DNA from: Azolla caroliniana
Taxonomy: Eukaryota > Plantae > Polypodiophyta
Direction: 5' to 3'
Assembly (NCBI GenBank): GCA_043228905.1
Contig: JBHGNT010000022.1
Span: 9,424,001-9,488,000, forward strand
DNA length: 64,000 nucleotides
The position numbers and the translations under genes were made by a program. Of this stretch, positions 24,284 to 35,454 are shown one piece after another. Each line of letters opens with the position of its first letter. Positions within the stretch are counted from its first letter, which is position 1. Below the pieces are notes generated by a model. That model saw nothing but the letters and a program-made list of their open reading frames with translations, was not told where the DNA came from and ran no database searches.

Positions 24284-27200
24284 GGTGCCGGATTTCGGAA
24301 GGACTGCAAGTGACATCCTTCAAACGGGTGGCGACCGATGGGCTTCAAGGGAGTATCCATGGGTTACAACAGCAAAATCCAACGTGGGAAGCATTTGAAG
24401 AACCGTTAAAGAGCACGTTCGCCATCGAGGACTCCTCCAAGGCAACGCGGAGGGGATTCGAAGATTGGGTGGAAACGCCAGGTAAGGGGCTGAAGGTCCT
24501 CGAAGTGTTTTCGTCATTCGAAAGTCGGTTCGGGGGGTTGTCCGCAAGAGATCAAACTATTCTTGCACCGGACAAAGTCATCATGTTTTTGCGAGTTGTG
24601 GACGTCAAGGACCGGAAAGATCTCGGAGTGCTTCTGGAGGACATGACCACCGAAAGTGGCCTCACCAAAACCTGGGAAAGTGTGCGGGATATCGTCGCGC
24701 GATACACGAAGAGGGGGCAGTGGCTTGCTAATGAAGAGAAGAGGGTTTCGGAACCGATTCCAAAACCGAGATCCGGATTGGAGGACCATCAACTGCGGAC
24801 TTGAGAGACTACGACCGAGAAGGGGATTGACGCAACCACGGTGGAGCAGTTGCTGAAAGATATGGAGAATCTGAAAATCGCGATGGTGAAGAAGTCGGGA
24901 GACCGTCCCACAAACTCCAAGTATATGGACCGTCGATGTATATGGTGTGAAAGCACCGAACACGATCGGAGGGATTGCGACGAGCACAAGGAGGCATTAC
25001 AACGGGATCTTATCTACTACGAGGGAAATCGGATTCATTCGATGGACTCTCAGAAGCCACTCCGACCGAACTTCCGAAAAGGCGGCATGAAGAAGGTTCT
25101 AGAGGAGGAAATAGCGGAAAAAGGTAATTATGCGACGACCGCGGGAATAAGTGTGGGTGGGTCATCGGGAGCAAAGGCGTCTTTTTGGCCGGATATGCTA
25201 GAAAACCCCAAGAAAACCGACTCCAATGAGATCCGAAGCACCGCGGAAAGCATCCGTGAAGCTACGGGATGGGAGTGCCTCGTCGATAAGAATAGCGTGT
25301 TTGCTTTATGCCAATTGCATGAAGTGTATGTAGATGGGAAGTGACGGCGCACGGATGAGGCAGCCGGTCCATCGAAGACACCGGAAAGCTGGAACTCCGG
25401 AGGTAAGGTAAAAGAAAAGATGATTCCGGCATTCAAGCTCGCCTCAGACATCGAACAACAAACGGACTTGAAAAAGGTGTTCGAGGAGAGAATCCTCGAT
25501 AGCCGGGTAGATTTTTCGCTTCGAGAATTACTCGGAATAGCGAAGAAGGAGTTCCACGATCCTCTTGTGGATCTCGTAAAGAGAAAAAGGCAAAGTATGG
25601 AGGAGAATGCTCCAAGGGTGAATGCAAATACCGTTCTAATGAATGACACCGAATTGGAGGATGAAATACCGAATTCTCACTACACAAAGCCACACTGGGC
25701 ACGCGCAACTACGGAGACTCCGGTTCGAATCGGTAACATCAAAGAGCCCGTGCTAGCATTGATTGATCACGGATCGGAGATCAACTTGATGTTTGAGTTC
25801 TACCGGAAGGGTAAGTGGCCTATTAACATGAATCATGGGTGGAAGATCCAGGCAGCCACTAAAGCAACGGAAGATCTATTTGCGGCTTGTCCGGATGTGA
25901 CAGTGAAGATCGGGGATGTCGAGATCGACCAAAATTTCTTCGTACAAGATGAGTTCTCACACTCCGTGATCCTCGGGAAACCTTTTATGACGGCATCACG
26001 GATGGAGACGAAGGTGCTCAATAGCGGTGCGCCTTTTGCACGAATTCAGAGCCAAAACGGAGGGAAATCCGTCCAATTCCTAACGGTGCCGGCAAATCAT
26101 GGAAAGAACAAGAGAGAGCTCTTGTCCCAAACAAGAATGGATTTTTAGAGCGGATTGTTGCGGAGTGCGGAAGTGATAGTCCGAGAAGCCCTGATACCCC
26201 ACACAGGAAGAAACCTCTCGGTGCAAAACAAGTACGAATCAGTCCGGATGGGGCATCCACGTACACGGCCGTAACCGGAGGAATGAAGAAAGAATACCGA
26301 AAAGTGGAGGATAAGTTACGGTCGGCATCAATAATAAAAGAAGACGAAGAAATCGTGGGAATAGTCAAAGAAGTGTTCTATGGGAGCACACTACAACGGC
26401 TTGAAGAGCTCGCGGAAGATACAAGCTAGGGAAACCGGGTAATTCTGGTGGAGTCGGTCGAGATGTACGAGATCATTGTGAAAATGGGGTCGGATGCGCT
26501 CCGCAAAGAAGAAGCAATGGTAAGTACGAAATACAAGACCGTGGAGAAGAAAGTGAAACCGGCCGCGGGACCGTTACCCGCAGATAGCGAACAAAAGAGG
26601 AAAGAAGTCTCGGGGGATCCGACACTTCGGAAGTTCATGGATATAGGACATGCCTTCACAGATGAGACCCGGCAGAAACTTCAGATCGGTGGAGGTGGTT
26701 TCCTATTAAAGAATGAAGAAGAACAATTCCGTGGGATGCTAGAGCGACATGGGAGAGCATTTGCATTTACATTGAAAGAAATAGGATGCGCTGACCCGAA
26801 GATAGTGGAGCCGATGGTGATCTTCACGATTGACCATGTGTCGTGGAACCTGAAGCCGATTTCGGTGCCACAGGCGCATATTCCGAAAATCATCGACTTG
26901 CTCAAGGAGAAGGTGGCGATGGGGATTCTAGAGCCATCAAATGCTCCGTACTCAAATCGATGGTTTACGGTTCCGAAGAAGAATGGGTCACTCCGATTTA
27001 TTCAAGACTTGCAACCGGTGATCAAGGTCACGATCCGGAATTCCGGAGTCGGTCCGATAGTGGACGAATTTGCAGAAGCATTTGCCGGTCGTGCAATATA
27101 CTCCATCGGAGACCTATACTCCGGATATGACCAATTCCAACTAGCCGTGGAGAGCCGAGACATCACTACCATGCGGACACCGATAGGATTAGTCCGGATG

Positions 27201-29426
27201 TGTACGCTACCACAAGGCGCGACGAGCTCAGTCGCACATATGATGAATGCGATGAACAAGGTGCTAGGGGATTGCATACTGGAGATAACGATGCCGTTCC
27301 TAGATGACATTCCGATGAAAGGGTGTGTGGTGGAAGAAAAAGATGAAGCTATGGATGAACGCGGATGCCGAAGGTTCGTAGTCAACCATATCCGTGATTG
27401 TGAGAAAGTGTTACGGAAGCTAGAAGATGTGCATCTAACACTTTCCGAAGACAAATCGGCATTCGAACAAGAAGAAATATTGGTAGTCGGACATCTATGT
27501 GGGCCCTACGGCCAAAGACCGTCACCAACCAAGATCGATGCGATTTAAGCTATGAAAGAAGTATGCGAGTCACAATCCGAAGTCCGAAGGTTTCTTGGAG
27601 CATGTGCATTCTATCACATATGGATTCCGCACTACGCACATATTGCGGACCCGCTCTATCACTTGTTGCGGAAGGGGAAGAAGTTCGAATGGAAACCGGA
27701 ACACACCGAAGCCATGAGGAAGCTCAAGAAAACACTGCGGAGGGCTGAAGCTCTAAAGAAGCCGAACTATAACCGACCAGTTATAGTAACGGTTGATACA
27801 AGTCCAACCAGAATCGGATGGGTCATCAATCAACTCGACTCGGAAGGTTCGCGATATCCGATCCGATTCGGAGCAAAGGTTCTCAACGAAAGGCAACGCG
27901 GATATGCACAAGTTAAAAGAGAATTATGGGGAGTCGTGTCGGCAATCAAATCGGATCAAGATTATTTGATCGGAGCCGAAGTAGTGATCGAAACGGATTG
28001 TCTTCTAATACTCAGGATGATGCGGTGTTGCACGGTACCGGATGTGGCTATGCTAAGGTGGATTGCATATGTTAAGTCACTTAATTCGGAGGTAAGACAC
28101 ATCTCCAGAAAAGACAACGTTGTAGCGGATATGCTATCAAGGGCGCGGTTTGGAGATGACATAACCGAATCCGATAATGAAGAAGTTTCCGAAGACTACT
28201 TTGCTTCAGAGCACATATGCCGGGTGGACATAATCCAAGAATTCTGGGAAGAAGAATACGAGGGAGAAAGCTTGTTGATCGGGAAAGTGCTACAAGAAAT
28301 CGAGGAATCATCGGACAATAAAGAGAAGAGAGTCGAGATCCGAAGTAAGAAACGGCAAGTCCGAAAGTTCTTCTTGAAAAATGGATTTTTATGGAAGGAG
28401 CCGAAAAGACCGGGTGGCATACCACTTCGAGTAGTTGGGACAAAAGAGCAACGAAACCAGGTAATGTCCGAATTTCACGAATCTGATTGGGCTGGACATC
28501 GGGGAACATGGGGAACATTTGGGAAGATCAAGCAAAGATATTGGTGGAAGAATATGTACAAAGATGTCGCGGAGTTCACGGAAAGTTGCGAGAAGTGTCA
28601 AATCTACTCCGGAGTTCGACACCGAGATGAGTTACATCTGACATTCTCATCGACAATCAACTTCAAATTGATAGTCGACATTGTAGCCATGCCAACTAGG
28701 ATCGGACAAAATAAGTACTTGATGTTAGCTCGGGAAGATCTCACAAATCAAGTAGAAGGTCGGGCGCTATGAAGAAAAACGTGTTCTACGGTATGTCAAT
28801 TTCTTCTGGAAGAAGTGTTTTGCAGGTACGGGTGCGTAGGACAAGTGATTGCGGATCGGGGAGAACTTGACTCTGATAAAGCTAGGGGATTCTTCGCCAA
28901 AGATGGAATTCGGTTAACACTAACAACGGCATACAATTCGGAAGCCAACGGGAAGGTCGAGCGAGGACATAGTCCGATCATCAAAGCACTTGCCAAAGCA
29001 TGCGACGGAAGGGTGATGGATTGGCCACAGATGCTCCCGTATGCACTATGGGCGGATCGGACGACGCATAGCTCCGTAACCGGTTATATGCCGGCAGAAC
29101 TTATGACTGGACAAGCATCAGTAATGCCGACGGAAACCGCAATCGCGACATGGACAATGCTACCGCGGAAGATTGAAGAAGGAGATTGGGTGATTGTCTA
29201 CGACAGTAGTTTGGATCATCAACATACAACGATGTGGAAGTTCGTGAAAAGGTGGTTCGGGCCATATGAGGTTCAGAAAGTTTTCGATAACGGAACTTAC
29301 CGACTATGCGAGTTGGATGGAACGACGCTACGAGTGCCTATAGCCGGGAAACGGGTGAAGATTTTCAAGAAGCGGACTGAAGAAGAACCCTATGTGATCC
29401 TAGACAAGGCCGACAAGAAGGAGTAA
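24284..29426 (+). pseudogene. gag-PR-RT-RH-INT of element C (gag N-terminus at 8740-8910)
   Basis: CIWCESTEHDRRDC knuckle, LIDHGSEIN protease, YKTVEKKVKP motif, RT (GDLYSGYDQ, LPQG, PFLDD), RH (VTVDTS), integrase (ADRGE, ANGKVERGH, WFGPY); stops and an apparent deletion near 29168. Confidence 0.88.
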
Positions 29427-29584
29427 TCGGACGAAGATCGCAGTGATGCGGAGAGCAAGGAAAGTGGATTACAACTCATAGTCGACTTAAGGGGAGAATT
29501 GGAAGAACCTTCGGATGAAGGTGAATAGCTAGCATCGGGGACTTCGGCACATACCGGAGGATGTGCGGGTTCGGAGGGGGCGAG

Positions 29585-31179
29585 TGTCGTAGTGTAATTC
29601 GCACACTACGTGAAAAATTACATTTTTGGTTTCTCCAGATAGGATATGGAGTACCCAGTGAGAATCGGAAGGAAGAACTAGTGAGGACCAAAACCGGTAA
29701 GGAGACCGGCAAGAGCCGGATGAAGAAGGCCGGTGAGAGTCGGTGAGAAACGGACGAAGAGGATTGGTAAGGAGGATCTGGTAAGAACCGGATAAAGAAA
29801 ACCGGCGAGAACTAGATGAAGCAGAACCGGCAAGAGCCGGATGAAGAAGGCTGGTGAGAGTCTCTTACGGGATGAAGAGACACAATTGTAAATAAAAGAA
29901 ACATTAAAATTTTTGTTACGTGCATAGGGCAGGATTTGAACCTTGCACCTCCATGTTAATAATGTTAAGCCCTATCATTATACTAGCGTATTATGAATTT
30001 TAAAGTTATACTAAACATTATTCATACATAGACACTCGAGTTAAAAGAAGAGGTGAGAGAAAAAGCTAATCATGCACATGCAATGTGCATGAAAACTAAA
30101 GATAGGAAAAGCATGATGCTTGCATGTGATAAACTTAGACTCTTCCAACACTATATAAGGAAGAGAGAAATATGTATAGAGGTTGTTGATTATTTTACAA
30201 GGGTTGATTAATATAATATAATCGTGGGATCCACGAGTTTGCTAACTATTTTTCTCTCTTAATTTGAGAACTCACTAATACACTATACTCGTGGGATTCA
30301 CGAGTTTTTCATATCTTTCTTTCTTACAATATATTTCATATTCTTAATTGCCTTAGAATTTTCTTTCCTCCTAGTCCAAAACCCCAGCGGTTCCCACCCG
30401 ACTCACGCAACAATCTAGAGTCGTAAGGCACGACACAATTGTAAATAAAATCGGCGAGAACTGGATGAAGCAGAACCGGCAAGAGCCGGATGAAGAAGGC
30501 TGGTGAGAGTCTCTTACGGGATGAAGAGACACAATTGTAAATAAAAGAAACATTAAAATTTCTATTACGTGCATAGGGCAGGATTCAAACCCTACACCTC
30601 CAAACAAACAAACTACAGCCTTACCATTATACTAACTTATTCTGAGTGTTTCAAATATAGATTTAATACGTACAAAACATTTATTTTCGTCTACTTTCAT
30701 TAAAAGGTAAGTCATGCATTTTTAGAATGCGTGAAAACTTTATTTATATGCACACTAATAAAATTATGCGTGCACATCTAGCGGGCATGAATGTTAAATT
30801 TAGGAAATCATAGTCGGAAAAGTAAGGCATGCAGATTTAGAGAGCATGAACACTTTAGAAAAGCAAGAAGTTATGCTTAGCCTCTCCCGTCGTTATATAG
30901 GGAGGAGAAAAAGATGTATAAGGGTTGGTTATTTTTTTGGATTAAGTATTGATCAATATAAAAATTATTCGTGGGATTCACGATTTATGCATCTACTTCT
31001 TTCTTATCAACCTAAGTACCAATTAATATAGTATACTCGTGTGATTCGCGAGTTTCTTATCTTTCTCTTTACTATCTACTTATAATTAGTCTCTATCTCA
31101 CGATCTCCTTTCTCCTAGTCCAAAACCCCAGCGGTTCTCACCCGACTCACGCAACGATCCGGCGCCGAGAGGCAAGACA
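29585..31179 (+). repeat. Compound 3' LTR of C: full LTR 29585-30435 plus a second 5'-truncated LTR 30436-31179
   Basis: The LTR-end sequence CCTAGTCCAAAACCCCAGCGGTT...GGCA(C/A)GACA occurs at both 30435 and 31179; block ~29810-29945 is repeated at ~30460-30595. Confidence 0.8.
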
Positions 31180-31183
31180 ACGT

Positions 31184-32645
31184 CAAGGTACGTGATGACC
31201 TATGTAGGGGGAGCAGTGTCTTGGCAATCACGACTGCAGAAGTTTGAGGCCTTGTCGACCACAGAGGTAGAGTACATGGCGGAGGTAGAGGCTAGCAAGG
31301 AGCTGATTTGGATGAAGAGTTTCCTTGGTGAACTCCGGATGAAGCAAGAAGAATTCTTGCTCCACTATGATAATCAAAGTGCCATACATATTGCAAAGAA
31401 TGTTGCATACCACTCTCGGACCAAGCATATACAAAGGAGATATCATTGGTTGTGAGAGAAGGTAGATGAAGGAGAGTTTTCCCTCATGAAGATCCATACC
31501 GACGACAATGGATCCGACATGCTGACAAAGAACCTACCGATGACAAACTCAGATTCTATCGATAGAGAACAGGAATAACGAACTCCTCCCCACAGAACTG
31601 AAGGGGGAGTTTGTTAGGAATATGTCCCTCCAGTGGGAGGAGCGGACTCTTTGGACTAAGAAGTGTCGATAGTCGAAGACTAGAAGGAGCCAACTGTTCG
31701 GCCAAGTGCCGATGGTTGAAGAGTCAACTACGAGAAAGTCGATTGGGTGAGACAACAGAAAGGAGATTCAGGTCGAAGACACGACTGACTAGTCGAGCCG
31801 ACTGGATGGTCAATAACCATGCCAACAAGTCAAACCGACTGGACAGTCGACACTAGAGTCGGTTGATGGCTACTTATTATTATAGATAATAATAGTAATG
31901 ATGTGTAGTAGGGGATACATTTGTAAATAGCCAATATTGTGTATCAGTATAAATACAGCTAGGGCAAACAGTGTATCTGTGAGGAAGAGTGTAGAACAGA
32001 ATAGTGTGTGAGCCTTTGTAGTGTAGCGTGACAGAGAAGAGAGAGTGTGTGAGTGAGAGAGAGAGCGGCAACAAAGTTCAACGAACTTGCTAAGAACCCT
32101 AAGCGGGTTATCCTCTGTCTGTTAGACAAGATTGTAACCGTGTTTCTATACTCTCTTGTGTATAGTGGAATCTCTATTCCCGTGGTTTTCCCCGTTTAGG
32201 GTTTCCACATTAAATTTGTGTACACTTTTCCTATGCTTTTGAGATGTGTATTTTAGCGTATTCCTTTTCTTGTGGATTGACGATTCGTTTCTCAATAAAC
32301 TGGTATGAGAGCTTGAGGTTCAAGCATGGAAGGAGGTGTGAGTGGCTTCCCAAGTATGATAGTTCTGAACTCATAGAACTATGCAGATTGGAAGATCAAA
32401 ATGGAAGACTTCCTCATAGTGAAAGACCTGTACGAGCCCGTCGACAGAGCAGATATACCCAGAGGGGTATTGGAGTCTGATTGCAAACTTCTTAACAAAA
32501 AGGCAGTGGCCACCATCAGATAGTGCGTCGATGTGAGTGTCCTTCAGCATGTGGCGAAAGACACAAATGCCCATGAGATGTGGCAAAAGTTGTGAGGGCT
32601 ATACAAGAGGAAGAACACCCTCAATAAAACCTCACTGATGAGAAC
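31184..32645 (+). mobile_element. Copia E RNase H end, PPT, LTR (31612-~32297), then PBS and gag start of a second Copia internal region (truncated)
   Basis: YVMTYVGGAVSWQSRLQK...AYHSRTKHIQRRYHW; PPT AAGGGGGAG at 31601; TGGTATGAGAGC at 32301; MEGG...NYADWKIKMED gag similar to D. Confidence 0.85.
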
Positions 32646-33128
32646 TTACATCATACCTCACTAATGTTGCTTTAATGTTTCTTAAAGAGGTTATGCTTTA
32701 CCTTTTTTTATTCTCCATTGCTTCGATTTCTTATCTTTTTATGAGAGATGAGATTTCACGAGAATTCTTGAAAAGAGAACAAAAAGACCTTCGAGATTTG
32801 GCTTAGACTGTTTTCAACCTTCCTTCCACTCTAGAGAAGATCAGATGACTCATGAAGATTTCTCTTCTTCGTTGATACATCTACCTCAAGAGATTCGTTG
32901 AAGGTGCACACTTTTTTTTTGGTGGAAAGCAAAATCCATTTAATATGATTTTCTACTTATCTCTCCTCTAGAAACACACAAACAAACAACCCAAATATGC
33001 TAGCACACTTTAACTCCACGCTAACACACATATAGATAAACAAACAAAGATACCTACATACATATTTAAGAAAATGAAAATTAAAAAAGAAAAATTACTA
33101 AATCGAATAATATAACCCTAAACTTAAG

Positions 33129-35454
33129 AACATGAAGTCCAAGTTACAAAAATGGTGAGCAAAAGTAGTTGAAGAGGAGGTAAAAGTAGTATTTATACTT
33201 AAGCCAAAGACGTTGTAAGGGGCCCAACTTCTTGTTTTAGTTTATCAAACCATGTAATGTCTTCTCTAGGTTTGAAAACCATCCTTGTATCTTCGCAAGG
33301 ATGCTCACAAAAATATGGCTACTTGAGTACGGGAGAAAGAAGAGAAAAAGGAACATGCGACTATAGCACATCGTACAACTCAAGAACACTTGAAAATTCT
33401 AAAATTAGAGAAACCGCTACAACTAAAACTAAAATTCCAAAATATGACAAGGGGAACAGAATAATAATAAAACAGAACACCATGAAAGAATTAATCCTCA
33501 AACATGGGACGAAACCCTAAAATCCAAACGACCATAAAATAGATAAACAAAAATTAGATCAATCCATTTCCATCAGAAGAAAAATCCTTACCATGCAAAA
33601 AAGGAAACACATATGAAATCTTCCATAAACACCTTTTCATCTATTAACATTGGCATATCTATTGTGGGCCCCCCACAACTAATGCAACATGAAATATTAA
33701 CAAATGTGTGTATATAAGACTTTCTTCTCATAATATAACTGTACAGAACACTTTCTTGTATTCTTGAGGTACATAAAACCTTTTTATCCTACATATTGAT
33801 GTGCATATCACACGTTCTTAGGTTATTTGCATATATAGCCGCACTTTATATTAGTTTTGTGTTCTTTTGGACGTAGATATTAATGGTGTGGATAACACTT
33901 TCATATTGAATGGTGTATACAACATTGTAAGAACCAAAGCTCAAGTGATGATTGTGTCCTTTTTCCTAATTGAGGGTGGGCACATGTGTAAGATGTGTGT
34001 AAATAACAAACTTTAGGAGCGAATCTGATTATTGTGCCCTTTTCAGGGTTGTTACTAACGTAACATGTGGATATATAACACTTTATTGTACCCTTTTTCC
34101 GCGTTTGTGGAGGGTCACCATTGATAATGGTGTTGTTATTGCTACAACACGGTGACCATGGATTTAACACATGGTTGTTACATGATCAATAATAGTATCA
34201 GTACGAAACCCAATTCTTCGAAACAACAAAATATGATGTTGTTGTGGTCGAGAGTCCCAACTCCCATATTTTTAAATGACAACCCTTCCGAATCTTTTTG
34301 TTATTATTTAACTCAAATGTGTTGTGATTTCAATGTCATCTCTTGGTCATCTTTCAAAGTCCTCACCTCATCTCTCTCTCTCTCTCTCTCTCCATAGAAT
34401 CTCTAGGAATCGGCAATGGTTCACTTTCGGCTTAATAAGTTTGGCCTTGTGCAAACCCTTCCGAATCTTTTTGTTATTATTTAACTCAAATGTGTTGTGA
34501 TTTCAATGTCATCTCTTGGTCATCTTTCAAAGTCCTCACCTCATCTCTCTCTCTCTCTCTCTCTCCATAGAATCTCTAGGAATCGGCAATGGTTCACTTT
34601 CGGCTTAATAAGTTTGGCCTTGTGCAAACCAACCTGGGTAAGCCTTAACTGGTTTAGCCAATAAGTTTGGACTTTTCCAAACCAACCACGGTAAGCCTTA
34701 ACTGGTTTGGCCCAATTTGGCTCCGTGTAGGCTTGAGCCTTCCCAAACCGAGCTCAAACTAGTTTACGAAGCTCAAGCCCGAACCGAACCGAAACCGAAC
34801 CGCGAAACCGTTGGCTTGAACCACGGAGCTTGTGTTTACCCATTCCTAGAAATAGGAAGCTCCTCTCCCTCCTCATTTTGGCCTCTTCCCTTCTATCCCA
34901 TCCTCACTACATCAACATGGGATTATCTCATCTCTTCCATCATCCTCACAACACCATCTCTCACAATTATGTCGCAGATCCTCATCATTCCGCCATTGTT
35001 CTCGATCAGTTCCTCAGTCTCATCTCTGCGAAAGATGCAGTTGGATCAATACCAGATGATTCTTCTTCTTCTTCTTCTTCTTCTTCTTCTTCTTCCGATT
35101 TTGGCGGAGTAGGCGGAGACTTGCAGCATTCTTCTTATGCCATCACCGAGCCCGCGATGGACGATGAAATCACGAGAGAGAAAGAAGCTCACATGGTTTC
35201 GATTCTCGCCACATATCGCGAAACGCTTGTGGAGCGCACCAAATATCAGATTGGTATGAATGCCTCTGCATAATTAATTGTACACAGAACTTTAGAAAGC
35301 AATCCGCTTCTAGGCCATTTAATATACACAGGATTGACTAAACCTGGCTATGGCGTTATGATGGCAGGTTATCCCAGCAATATGAAATCTGATTATGGAG
35401 CATTGTCGCAGATGTAGCACTTCTACACCGACCATTTCAGTAGTACATTCACGG
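33129..35454 (+). repeat. Duplicated block (SDC-like promoter, exon 1, part of exon 2); other copy 38432-40405
   Basis: Near-identical sequence throughout. This copy has an extra ~171-bp tandem duplication (34281-34630) and a ~200-bp segment absent from the second copy. Confidence 0.92.
34917..35454 (+). pseudogene. Truncated SDC-like paralog (exon 1 34917-35253, exon 2 from 35368; stop at 35415; fused to Copia K)
   Basis: Same N-terminus as the intact gene with shorter poly-Ser; CAG>TAG stop; sequence switches to Copia integrase at 35455. Confidence 0.88.

Larger units (their letters stand above)
7960..31179 (+). mobile_element. Gypsy element 'C' (fungal-type/Ylt1-like), host of B
   Basis: 5' LTR 7960-8700; PBS TGGTGAACCCGACGTGAA (tRNA-Trp) at 8705; PPT GGAGGGGG before 3' LTR at 29585; 4-bp TSD ACGT (7956-7959 / 31180-31183). 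Removing the element restores the host Copia frame SRSTSRYVMTY. Confidence 0.9.
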
